Source of the DNA: Myxococcales bacterium
GTDB lineage: Bacteria; Myxococcota; Myxococcia; Myxococcales; JAKAPL01
Assembly: GCA_021783235.1 (NCBI GenBank)
Contig: JAJXUD010000007.1
Span: 10,025-74,024, forward strand
Direction: 5' to 3'
DNA: 64,000 nucleotides
The position numbers and the translations under genes are program-made. The first letter of the stretch is position 1. Each line of letters starts with the position of its first letter. Shown here piece by piece: positions 39,242 to 48,173 of this stretch. The notes under the pieces were generated by a model that saw only the letters and a list, made by a program, of their open reading frames with translations, was not told where the DNA came from and did not search any database.

Positions 39242-42200
39242 ATGCGTCGGTTCACCCTCACGCTGGGTTGTCTCGCCGGAATCTCGCTCGCGGCGTGCCA
39301 GGACGGCCCCACGCAGACCTACCAGCCGCCACCGCCGGCCGCGGGCTGGAACAACGGTCGCTCGCCGTTTCTTCCGGACGGCGGATTGAACCAGGTGCCC
39401 AACGGCACCGCCACGACCTCGAGCGCCCCCTTCGCGACGCCGGACGGCGGCGCCATCGGATCGGGCGGCAACAACGCGAACGAGATCTGCACGCCGGCGC
39501 AGGTCTACGCGATGACGGCCGCGATCGCGAACGCTCCGATTCGGCTGCCCAATGGCGCGGCGGGGCTGAACCTCGCGGGCACGGACGCCGACGGCGGCGT
39601 CACCTGGCAAGGGCTCACGATCGAGCAGGCCGAGCAGCAGATCTGCCAGGGGACGAGCATCCCCGACATCTTCGGCAGCGTCTCCGACATCTCCGTTTAC
39701 TGGGACAACCAGTCGATCATCGTCGAGTACTCGCTCACCACCCACAAGATCGACTACATCGGCCTCTTCGCCCCCTCGTACACCGGGACGATGAACATCA
39801 CGAGCCTCGACGGGAACACGAGCTACACCATCGCCGTCGATGGGCAGACCGCGATCTCCGTCGCGACGAAGGACTCGCAGGGAAACGTCACCACGGCCCC
39901 GATCGCGGCCCTCGACTGGGTGGGCGCGTCGAACGGCCTGCCGGTCTCCGTCAAGCCCTTCGACGACATGTACCGGGCCGCCATGGCGACCTTCATGCCG
40001 GGCTTCCCGGTGGAGCCCAAGGGCTTCACCTGCAACCAGACGGGCGCGTGCATCATCGGCACCTTCCCCGCGGGCGCCTACGCCTACTTCTTCATCCCGG
40101 CCCTCGGCTGGGCGATGTGGGTGAACCCGTACTACGCCCAGGCGGCCGCGATCGCGCCGAACCGCATGGACATCAACTTCGCCCAGATCATGAACTTCTC
40201 GCCGGCGAACCCGGTCCTGAAGATGGACGCGAAGGGGCCGACGACGGTCCCGATGCAGGTCGCTCAGTCGGGCAATCCGGCCTGCGAGCTCACGCTCGGC
40301 ATGAGCTACCTCGACTTCGAGCAGAACTGCCTCCTCACCGCCCCCGGCGGGCAGAATGCCGCGGCGAACCAGTCGGAGCTGCGTGAGCTCTTCAGCGACT
40401 TCTCGCACGGCGAGCAGACCTTCAGCTTCAACATCGCGGGCGTCGACCTCTCCTTCGCCGACACGCGGCTCGGAAAGACCCAGACGGTGGTCGACCCGCC
40501 CGTCGCGGGCGGCTGCCCGGGCAACCCGACCGATCCGGCCTGTCCGCAGGCGCAGGATCTCTCCTACGAGTTCAACGTCGATCAGTCGACCCTGGGGAAC
40601 GTCGCGAACGACTGGATCTACGACTCGAACGGCAACCCGCTGCGGCACGACCTGCACGGATGGGGCGCGATCGTCGACGACTTCCGCGGCCTCTCGATGC
40701 AGTATCTGGAGCAGGAGGTCTGCGCGCCGGGGGCTCCGCAGACGCCCATCGGTCAGGCGGATTGCGCGGCCTGGTTCCCGACGGCCGATGGCGGCTCCCC
40801 GCCGGCGCTCACGGCGCAGATCGCGGGCTGCATCGAGCCGCGCGATTCGAGCGGCGCCCTCCTGGATTCGACCTTTCCGGCGGACTTTCCCGGTGCGCCG
40901 GGCGCTCCGGTGGGCTCGACTTGCACCGGTATGGAGGATCTCGTCTCCTCCGACATCACCACCCCGGACGACCCGGTCAACGTCGGCCCCATCGCGAGCC
41001 TCATCGCGCCCGCCTACTCGCTCGGCATGAAGATGGGCCACCAGCAGGGCGCCTGGTGCACGGACGCGATGTCGCGCAACCAGATCGCGAAGCAGAGCTA
41101 CATGTACGTCTGCCCTGGCCAGGCGCAGTCCTGCGCGCTGCCCGGCCAGAGCAGCTTCAGCTGCGCGCCCGGTAGCTGCGATCCGACCGTCGCGAATGCG
41201 AACTGCGCGGCGGGGACGCCGACCTGCACGACCCAGACGGCAACGGTGACGCCGTTCAGCGTCGCCCAGATCGACTACATCGGCGAGGTGGGGCAGAGCG
41301 GCTTCCTTTTGAACATGAACCCGGATCCGACGGGGACGCCGACGCCGGCGCCCGCCGGCGCTCAGATCGTCCTCGTGTTGCCGCAGTACTGCTCGGCGAA
41401 CAACATCTTGCCGCAGGCGGAGCTCCAGGTGGTCAACGCCATCGGCGGCGGCAACGACTCGAACCTCCCGATCGACGTTCAGGGCGGCAAGCCGAGCCCG
41501 GGCTCGCCCCGCTTCTTCTTCAAGATGTACGGCATGGCGATGATTCAGACGCTCGAGGCGACCGACAAGAACGGCCAGCTCATCGCGCCGGTCTCGAGCT
41601 GGGGTCCGCCGACGCTCGGCTCGGCGATGCCCATCAGCCTCGCCGACCTCTACTTCGACAGCAGCGGCGACGGGCAGTTCGAGACCATGGAGTACGTGGA
41701 TCGCCGCTTCGTCTGCCCGGACGGCGCCGACAACTGCGCGCCGGTCGGTGCAACCGGTTGGACCTGCCCGTCGACCTCCTGCGACCTCTCCGTCGCGGCG
41801 AACGCCAACTGCGTCAGCAGCCCGCTGCCGACCTGCAACCCGAACGAGACCTGGCAGGCGCCGCTCGACCTCAACTTCAATGCCGATGTCAAGGACGGCA
41901 TCATGAACGCCTACGACCTGAACCGCCTCTCGCGGCGAGGCGAAGCGGCGCTCTACGAGATCATTCAGCCGGCCGGCTTCGCGCCGCAGAAGGCGAGCAA
42001 CGCGCTCCTCTCCGACATGTTCGGGAGCCCGGTCCTCTCGGCCAACGCCGCCGGCTGGGGGGCGGATCCGACGACCGGTCAGCTCTTCCCGGCGCTGCCG
42101 AACGGTTCGCCGGCCGGGCCGCCGTTCGTGGACCTGACGGGCAACCCGATCTACGCGCAGGACTACCCCGACGCGCTCGGCATCAACGCCCCGACGGCGC

Positions 42201-42826
42201 TCAGCCTCTCGTTTGGCCAGGCGCCGGACCAGAATCTGACCGTCGTGCAGTCGTTCCAGGGGTCGCAGCAGGCGCTCGTGCAGTACCCGTACCCGAACGG
42301 CCCGACTTCCACGTCTGGCAGCCCGGAGCTGCTCGAGCAGCTCATCCCGTGGGTCCCGAGCCAGCCTGGGAGCGGCTTCAACGAGGCGGAGCCGAACAAC
42401 AGCGAGCTCGACTACTTCGTCCAGACTCAATCGCTCGACTTCACCGGAACCACCACCACCGGACTGCTCGACTTCAATCTTCTCCCAATGGGTGGCCCCG
42501 GCTCCCCGCTCGGCATGGAGCGGCTCGCGGTCGAGAGCCAGAACTACCTGGGCGACGTCTTCATGTGCTACGAGCCCGCGGCGAACCCGCCGCTCCTCGC
42601 GATCCGGATGTATACCCCGACCGCCGCCGTGCTCGACTGGCTCAACCGGAACCCGCAGGCCTACACCGACTGCGGCATCGTGGTCCGCTGGAGCCCCTAC
42701 GACAACTACGTGAACCTGGTCGAGTCGACCACCAACGGCGTGCGGCTTCAGGTGACGCAGGGCGGAGGCCTCGGCCGAGTGGTCGGCGCCACGCTCTACG
42801 TCCCCGGCTTGCCGTTCGAGGAATGA
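39242..42826 (+). CDS. Very large lipoprotein (1194 aa), no recognisable domain
   Basis: Lipobox GISLAAC. Asn/Gln/Thr/Tyr-rich extracellular-type composition. Two copies of a C-x-x-x-S-C-D-x-x-V-A-x-NANC-x(5-7)-P-T-C insert. Confidence 0.8.
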   Translation: MRRFTLTLGCLAGISLAACQDGPTQTYQPPPPAAGWNNGRSPFLPDGGLNQVPNGTATTSSAPFATPDGGAIGSGGNNANEICTPAQVYAMTAAIANAPIRLPNGAAGLNLAGTDADGGVTWQGLTIEQAEQQICQGTSIPDIFGSVSDISVYWDNQSIIVEYSLTTHKIDYIGLFAPSYTGTMNITSLDGNTSYTIAVDGQTAISVATKDSQGNVTTAPIAALDWVGASNGLPVSVKPFDDMYRAAMATFMPGFPVEPKGFTCNQTGACIIGTFPAGAYAYFFIPALGWAMWVNPYYAQAAAIAPNRMDINFAQIMNFSPANPVLKMDAKGPTTVPMQVAQSGNPACELTLGMSYLDFEQNCLLTAPGGQNAAANQSELRELFSDFSHGEQTFSFNIAGVDLSFADTRLGKTQTVVDPPVAGGCPGNPTDPACPQAQDLSYEFNVDQSTLGNVANDWIYDSNGNPLRHDLHGWGAIVDDFRGLSMQYLEQEVCAPGAPQTPIGQADCAAWFPTADGGSPPALTAQIAGCIEPRDSSGALLDSTFPADFPGAPGAPVGSTCTGMEDLVSSDITTPDDPVNVGPIASLIAPAYSLGMKMGHQQGAWCTDAMSRNQIAKQSYMYVCPGQAQSCALPGQSSFSCAPGSCDPTVANANCAAGTPTCTTQTATVTPFSVAQIDYIGEVGQSGFLLNMNPDPTGTPTPAPAGAQIVLVLPQYCSANNILPQAELQVVNAIGGGNDSNLPIDVQGGKPSPGSPRFFFKMYGMAMIQTLEATDKNGQLIAPVSSWGPPTLGSAMPISLADLYFDSSGDGQFETMEYVDRRFVCPDGADNCAPVGATGWTCPSTSCDLSVAANANCVSSPLPTCNPNETWQAPLDLNFNADVKDGIMNAYDLNRLSRRGEAALYEIIQPAGFAPQKASNALLSDMFGSPVLSANAAGWGADPTTGQLFPALPNGSPAGPPFVDLTGNPIYAQDYPDALGINAPTALSLSFGQAPDQNLTVVQSFQGSQQALVQYPYPNGPTSTSGSPELLEQLIPWVPSQPGSGFNEAEPNNSELDYFVQTQSLDFTGTTTTGLLDFNLLPMGGPGSPLGMERLAVESQNYLGDVFMCYEPAANPPLLAIRMYTPTAAVLDWLNRNPQAYTDCGIVVRWSPYDNYVNLVESTTNGVRLQVTQGGGLGRVVGATLYVPGLPFEE

Positions 42827-42889
42827 CGCATGGACCGGCACTCACTGAGCCTTCCCACGATCAACCGCAGCCACTTCGAGGATCGCCCC

Positions 42890-45800
42890 ATGCCGAACCG
42901 CATCTCGCGTCTCCTGCTGGTCGCCGGCGCTCTCCAGGCGCTCGCCGCCGGCTGCGTCCAGACCCGCCCGGCCCGTAACGCGGTCTTCAACGAGCACCAG
43001 TATCTCCGCAAGGACTTCCTGGTGGGCTCGCCGACCTCGGCCACGCCCGACCCGGGCTGGTGGCTCAAGGGGACGATCGTCTCGGTCTCGACGCCGAACC
43101 CGCTCGGCAGCGCGAACTACTCGCTCTCGCCGGGCATCGACTCGGGGGCGGTCCCGGTCCGCTTCGTCATCACCGAGGACAAGCTCCAGATGGTTTCGAC
43201 GCGCGAGATGGCCGCGACCGACTCGCAGTCGAACCAGGTCTCTCCGGCGGTCGTCAACGCCTGGCCGGCCACCAACGTCGACCTGATGTACTACATCAAC
43301 CTGGACGGCGAGATCACGAACCAGTACGTGACGAACCAGGAGGCCGACTGGCAGCAGCGCGAGTGGGTCCAGGTCGACTTCGACAAGAACGACATGAGCG
43401 ACATCGCCCCGCTGGGCGAGGCCACCTGGAACATGCTGAGCCACTGTGTCGACGGCTCGAACGTCACGACCACGCTGGTGCCGGGATCGTTCGTCGTGGA
43501 CGAGGCGAACAAGTACGTGCAGTGGACGGTCAGCGTCACGCTTCCGCTCATCTGGGACGACGCGACCTGCGTCTTCTCGTACGGCACGCTCGGCCAGCAG
43601 GCCGCGGCGCTCGGCAAGCAGAGCGTCACGATCAACCTGATGTACTCGCTGATGCGGCAGACGCCGCTCGACCAGGTCACCTACAAGCCGCTCGTGGTGG
43701 CCGAGAAGGACGGCATCCACCACAAGTACGGCTTCTTCCCGAACATCACGGAGAACCTCGACCCGACGAGCGGCATGGTGGCCTCGGACGAGCAGGTCGA
43801 GCGCTTCGATCCGAACAAGCCGATCGTCTGGTACTTCGCCCAGGGCTTCGATCCGGCGTACAAGCACTTCTTCACCGACCCCGGCACCGGGATCGTCGAC
43901 CGCACGAACGCGGTGCTCCAGGCGTCGGGGGCGCAGGCCCGCGTTGCCGTCAAGGAGTTCGACGATCCCGACGGGCTCGCGCCGGGCCAGGCACCGCGGC
44001 AGTACGGCGACATCCGCTACAACTTCCTCGTCTGGATGAACGACCAGTTCTCGCAGGAGACCTTCGCGGGCGTGACCGAGTTCGACGTCGACTACCGCAC
44101 GGGCGAGATGCTCTCGGCGAACATCGCCTACAACAAGTTCGCCTTCCAGGACTACTACACCCAGCGGGTCAACTCGTTCCTCCAAGGCGTCGGCGCGGCG
44201 GACTCCGTCAACTCGCCGAGCGAGTGGCCGACCACCCCGACGATCTCCGACCCGACGCTCGCGACGAACTGCTCGAAGAAGCAGACCGCCGGCTCGTGCC
44301 CGATCACGGTGCAGAACAGCGACGGCTCGACCTCGACGCTCTATTGCGCCTCCGGCTCCACGGTGCCCATCCAGTCGGTCGTCGCCGCCGCGGTGCACAA
44401 CGGCACCTCGACCGTCTTCGGCAAGATGCAGCAGTACCTGGGCTACCCGACGTCGTCGTACGGAAACCTCGGGCCGACGGACTTCATCGCCTGGCCGAGC
44501 AAGACGAACGACACGGACTTCTTCAACGCCTTCTACACGCTGCTCCCCTACGAGGTCTACGCGGATCCGGAGACGAACCCGTACGTCATTCCCGAGGGCG
44601 GGAACGGCTACTACGGGCCGCCGGCCTCGGCCTGGGCCGACCTGCAGAAGGAGTACCAGTTTCAGCAGGCCGCGGCGAATCTGAACGCCGGCAAGGGGCA
44701 GGGCTGGCCCTACCAGGGCGCGAGCGGCCTGCCGAGCCTCGCGGAGATGGCGGCGGGCGCCGACAACTTCCGCGCGCTCTCGCAGGCGCACGAGGACTAC
44801 AAGTACAACCAGATCTGGGCCCATGGTCAGCTCGGAATGCGGCTCGACGGCATCGACTCGCTCGCCTTCGAGAACGTGGCCGATCAGGCCGCCCGCGTCT
44901 GCGGCGCTCACGCCTCGGGCGCCTGGCAGACGAAGGAAGAGTGGCAGAACGACATCGACCAGGCCTACTGGGGCCAGGTGGAGTTCCACGAGTTCGGCCA
45001 CTCGCTCGGCCTCACCCACAACTTCATGGCGTCGATCGATGCGCCGCACTACCCGGCCTACCCGATCGGGGGTACCCCGCAGGCCACCTGCGACGCGAAC
45101 CCGCTCGCCTCGGGCTGCGTGCCCGTGATCCACGCCTCCTCGATCATGGAGTACAACGCCTCGATCGATCGGCTCAGCTTCGCGCAACCCGACTGGGCCC
45201 CGTACGACAAGGCCGCGATCGCCTGGATCTACTCCAACACGACGCCGAACGGCGCTCCTTGCACGGGCGAGGGCTGCGGCGTCAGCGGCCAGGTCGACGC
45301 CAAGACGCCCTGGAACGATCCGCTGGGCTTCGACTCGAGCGGCAACGAGAAGCGCTTCCTCTTCTGCAACGAGGCGCACATGCGTTACACCCCGTTCTGC
45401 CGCCAGGGCGACCTCGGCCGGACGCCGAGCGAGATCATCGCGAACGACCTCGACTCGTATGAGTGGGAGTATCAGTGGCGCAACCTGCGCAGCTACCACA
45501 AGTTCTGGGACGACTCGCAGTACGCGAACGCGCCCGCGGGGCTCTTCTATGACCTGACCCGCTTCGTCTCGGTCTGGGCGTACGACTGGAGCAACTCCGA
45601 GATCACCACGACGCTCCGCCGCATCGGCCTCAAGAACCCGTGCAACGGCGCGAATCCCCCGGCGGCCAGCTGTCCGAACGGTGGGCAGAGCGACGTCGAC
45701 TACTTCACCCAGCTGACGAACAAGTTCAACGCCGAGGTCTCGAGCGCGAACCAGATCGCTGCCTCCTACCACATGGCGATGATCGAGCAGGCGGAGAGCG

Positions 45801-46534
45801 AGCGGCCGGCCGCGACGACCTACGACCCGTACTACGGCGACGTCGAGCAGCAGGGCATCATTCTCGACAAGTACTTCGCCATGCAGAACTTCGCGGGCAT
45901 GTACCCGGTCCTGAACTTCGACCCGACCCAGTCGGCCGGCGCCTACATCGCCTGGTACGAAGGGCTCGGCGACTCCGCGTTCAACGACCTGGCCCAGTGG
46001 GGCGTCACCACGATGCTCGGCGGCGTCCCGAACGTCTTCCCGTACTTCCAGCCGGCCTCGGTGGCGATCTTCGCTCAGGACACCCACGATCCGGCCTTCC
46101 CGAACCAGGCCATCCGCAATTGGATTGGCGGCTGGGGCTTCGTCCGCGAGCAGGACTTCCTCTCGTTCTTCCAGAACCTCGCGGTGGAGCACCAGTACTC
46201 GGGCCCGGGTTGCCAGGACAGCAGCGGCAACGCCACGGCGTGCAACTGCACGACCACGGCGACCTGCAGCTACGACCCCCGCAACATCCCCGATCCGCAG
46301 CAGCTGAACCAGGTGGTCGGCCCCGATGGCCGGCGCTACATCTGGTCGTACATCCAGGATCGGAACTCGTGGGTGGTGGCCGAGCAGGACACGCACATCG
46401 TGACCAACACCATCATGCTGAACTACAACTCGGACGTCGTCGCCGGCCAGGACGACGGCAACTTCCCGGGTTCGGCGTACGCGGATCAGCTCCCGATCAA
46501 GTACACCCTCGACTCGTTCACCCAGTTCAACTGA
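42890..46534 (+). CDS. Large zinc metalloprotease lipoprotein (metzincin, DUF4953/DUF5117-like); alternative start ATG 42830
   Basis: Lipobox LQALAAGC (Cys 22 counted from ATG 42890). HEFGHSLGLTHNF = HExxHxxGxxH at 44987..45019. N-terminal VRFVITEDKLQMVS-type region. Confidence 0.85.
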   Translation: MPNRISRLLLVAGALQALAAGCVQTRPARNAVFNEHQYLRKDFLVGSPTSATPDPGWWLKGTIVSVSTPNPLGSANYSLSPGIDSGAVPVRFVITEDKLQMVSTREMAATDSQSNQVSPAVVNAWPATNVDLMYYINLDGEITNQYVTNQEADWQQREWVQVDFDKNDMSDIAPLGEATWNMLSHCVDGSNVTTTLVPGSFVVDEANKYVQWTVSVTLPLIWDDATCVFSYGTLGQQAAALGKQSVTINLMYSLMRQTPLDQVTYKPLVVAEKDGIHHKYGFFPNITENLDPTSGMVASDEQVERFDPNKPIVWYFAQGFDPAYKHFFTDPGTGIVDRTNAVLQASGAQARVAVKEFDDPDGLAPGQAPRQYGDIRYNFLVWMNDQFSQETFAGVTEFDVDYRTGEMLSANIAYNKFAFQDYYTQRVNSFLQGVGAADSVNSPSEWPTTPTISDPTLATNCSKKQTAGSCPITVQNSDGSTSTLYCASGSTVPIQSVVAAAVHNGTSTVFGKMQQYLGYPTSSYGNLGPTDFIAWPSKTNDTDFFNAFYTLLPYEVYADPETNPYVIPEGGNGYYGPPASAWADLQKEYQFQQAAANLNAGKGQGWPYQGASGLPSLAEMAAGADNFRALSQAHEDYKYNQIWAHGQLGMRLDGIDSLAFENVADQAARVCGAHASGAWQTKEEWQNDIDQAYWGQVEFHEFGHSLGLTHNFMASIDAPHYPAYPIGGTPQATCDANPLASGCVPVIHASSIMEYNASIDRLSFAQPDWAPYDKAAIAWIYSNTTPNGAPCTGEGCGVSGQVDAKTPWNDPLGFDSSGNEKRFLFCNEAHMRYTPFCRQGDLGRTPSEIIANDLDSYEWEYQWRNLRSYHKFWDDSQYANAPAGLFYDLTRFVSVWAYDWSNSEITTTLRRIGLKNPCNGANPPAASCPNGGQSDVDYFTQLTNKFNAEVSSANQIAASYHMAMIEQAESERPAATTYDPYYGDVEQQGIILDKYFAMQNFAGMYPVLNFDPTQSAGAYIAWYEGLGDSAFNDLAQWGVTTMLGGVPNVFPYFQPASVAIFAQDTHDPAFPNQAIRNWIGGWGFVREQDFLSFFQNLAVEHQYSGPGCQDSSGNATACNCTTTATCSYDPRNIPDPQQLNQVVGPDGRRYIWSYIQDRNSWVVAEQDTHIVTNTIMLNYNSDVVAGQDDGNFPGSAYADQLPIKYTLDSFTQFN
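44987..45019 (+). other. Zinc-binding active-site motif HEFGHSLGLTH
   Basis: Direct translation of cac gag ttc ggc cac tcg ctc ggc ctc acc cac. Confidence 0.85.
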
Positions 46535-46563
46535 TCCGGACGGATCGAAAGGGAGCGCTAGAA

Positions 46564-46749
46564 ATGATGGCCCGGATCTCGATGCTGATCGCCGCGCTCG
46601 CGCTGACGGCCGCCTGTGGCGGACCGCCGAACTGCGCCTGCGTGGCGAGCGCTGCCTGCACGACCAACTACACGGAGAGCTGCGGGGTGGGGCTCGTCTG
46701 TTGCCCGCCCGTGGCCGACGGAGGAACGGCGGCGACGGACGGAGGCTGA
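46564..46749 (+). CDS. 61-aa Cys-rich mini-lipoprotein
   Basis: GGGAG lies 8 nt upstream of ATG 46564. Lipobox LALTAACGG. Six further Cys in about 40 mature residues (NCACVASAACTTNYTESCGVGLVCC). Hidden in the tail of shadow ORF 45640..46749. Confidence 0.5.
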   Translation: MMARISMLIAALALTAACGGPPNCACVASAACTTNYTESCGVGLVCCPPVADGGTAATDGG

Positions 46750-46770
46750 GGGGGAGCGGTCGGCCCCCTC
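46748..46770 (+). terminator. GC-rich hairpin right after the mini-lipoprotein stop (candidate terminator)
   Basis: gaggggg-agcggtcgg-ccccctc: 7-bp stem, 9-nt loop, no U-tract. Lies between convergent genes. Confidence 0.3.
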
Positions 46771-46812
46771 GTTCCACCGTGTCGTCCTGCCAGCCGGCAA
46801 CTGCCCGCTCTT

Positions 46813-48090
46813 TCAGGGAAGGCGTCGGGCCGCGAGCGGAAAGCCGGAGCAGCCCGAGCAGGCCCTGAGCCCCACCGCGTAGAGGCTTCCGGCGCCATCA
46901 CCGGCCAAGGAGTCGACCCGCGCGGCATCGGCCGGCAGCGTCTCGAGCCACCAGAGACCGGTCGCGATCCCCCCGTCGAGGTGGAATAGTTCGGCTGCGG
47001 CCCCGGACGGAGCGGCGGCGAGGAAGATCTCGCCCGGGGACGGCTCGCTCACCGCGGTCAGCGCCGGGACGGCGGGGAGTGTGGCGAGCGGAACGAAGCC
47101 GCCGTCGGCGAGGACGTAGGCGAGACCGTTTCCGTTTCCATCGTCTCCCACGAGGACGACATCGCCCGCCGGACCCACCGTTAGGTCGACGAGGTTCGTC
47201 GCGCTGAAGATCTCCGGGAGCAGGCTCCAGCCGCCGTCCGAACGCTCGAGCACCCAGGGCGGCAGGGTGGGATCCGTGGAATCCGCCAGCGCGAAGACGA
47301 GCCCGCCCCCTTCGGCGAGCCGGTATGCGCGCGTCAGCTCCGGCGGAAACGATTCGTACGTCAGCCCGCCGTCCGGGAGGAGGTGCAGCGCGACGGGCGG
47401 CGCCGGCGGGACGGGATCTCCGACCGCGAGCGCCTCCCCGGGGCCGAGCCCCACGACCGATAGGAGAGTCTGAACGGCGGGGCCGCCGTCCAGGTTCACC
47501 GAGGCGAGTCCGCCATCGAGCGTCCCGGCCACGAAGAGGGCGGTCCCCGCATCCGAGAGCCCGACCGCGAAGACGTCCCCTCGCGGATCCGCCCAGAGTC
47601 CGAGGAGCGCCGACGCGGCAGGCACGCCCGCGACCACGGTCCAGCCCGCGTCGGACGAGCGGACGAGGATCTGCGCGACCCCCGGTCCGTTGCCCGCCGC
47701 CAGCTGAAGCCCGGGCGACGGTGCGACGACTGCTCCGAGGGCGACGACGTCGCTCGTCACTCGCTCCTCCAGCCACTGCGCTCCGTCGTTCGGAAGTCCG
47801 CTCGTGCTGCCGGTCGTCCCTCCGCTCGACGTTCCGCCCGTGGTCCCTCCCGAACCGGCGTCGGGAATGCACAGTCCGGCCAGCGGGTCGCAGACGTCCG
47901 AGGCCGAGCAGCACGGCACCCCGGGAGCGCAGACCGAGCCGGTCGAGACGCAGCCGATTCCGGCGTCGATCCCGCCGTCCAGGCCTCCTCCGGCGTCGAT
48001 TCCGCCATCGGTGGAGACGGAGGTCGGACAGCCCGTGAAGAATGCGATCGCCGCGAAGAGAAACAACGCGCTGCGGGAGGACTCGCTCAT
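46813..48090 (-). CDS. Lipoprotein with a Cys-rich N-terminal knot and a beta-propeller-like repeat body, hypothetical
   Basis: Lipobox AFFTGC. GCVSTGSVCAPGVPCCSASDVCDPLAGLC, then a Gly/Ser/Thr tether. Repeated ...W....G......L.GLW....G.VFAVG... blades. Confidence 0.75.
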   Translation of the reverse strand: MSESSRSALFLFAAIAFFTGCPTSVSTDGGIDAGGGLDGGIDAGIGCVSTGSVCAPGVPCCSASDVCDPLAGLCIPDAGSGGTTGGTSSGGTTGSTSGLPNDGAQWLEERVTSDVVALGAVVAPSPGLQLAAGNGPGVAQILVRSSDAGWTVVAGVPAASALLGLWADPRGDVFAVGLSDAGTALFVAGTLDGGLASVNLDGGPAVQTLLSVVGLGPGEALAVGDPVPPAPPVALHLLPDGGLTYESFPPELTRAYRLAEGGGLVFALADSTDPTLPPWVLERSDGGWSLLPEIFSATNLVDLTVGPAGDVVLVGDDGNGNGLAYVLADGGFVPLATLPAVPALTAVSEPSPGEIFLAAAPSGAAAELFHLDGGIATGLWWLETLPADAARVDSLAGDGAGSLYAVGLRACSGCSGFPLAARRLP

Positions 48091-48096
48091 GCCCGC

Positions 48097-48102
48097 ATTC
48101 TA
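48097..48102 (-). promoter_or_regulatory. -10-like TAGAAT box 6 nt upstream of ATG 48090 (possible leaderless transcript)
   Basis: The minus strand reads TAGAAT-gcgggc-ATG. No SD and no convincing -35 box. Confidence 0.3.
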
Positions 48103-48135
48103 GCCGATGCGGCGAGGCCCCACTCGAAGGCGAAG

Positions 48136-48165
48136 TTGCCGCTTTCGTCAAAGCTGAGATAGACT
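48136..48165 (+). promoter_or_regulatory. Candidate promoter of the glt/nfs-like operon (TTGCCG-N18-TAGACT), 8 nt before GTG 48174
   Basis: TTGCCG at 48136..48141, 18-nt spacer, TAGACT at 48160..48165. Confidence 0.3.
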
Positions 48166-48173
48166 GCACCGCC

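Noticed and set aside
39062-46777. ORFs 39062..42841 (-, 1259 aa) and 42842..46777 (-, 1311 aa)
   Set aside because: Antisense shadows of the two giant lipoprotein genes, Arg/Val/Asp/Glu-rich with no motifs. The plus-strand frames have lipoboxes and the HExxH site.
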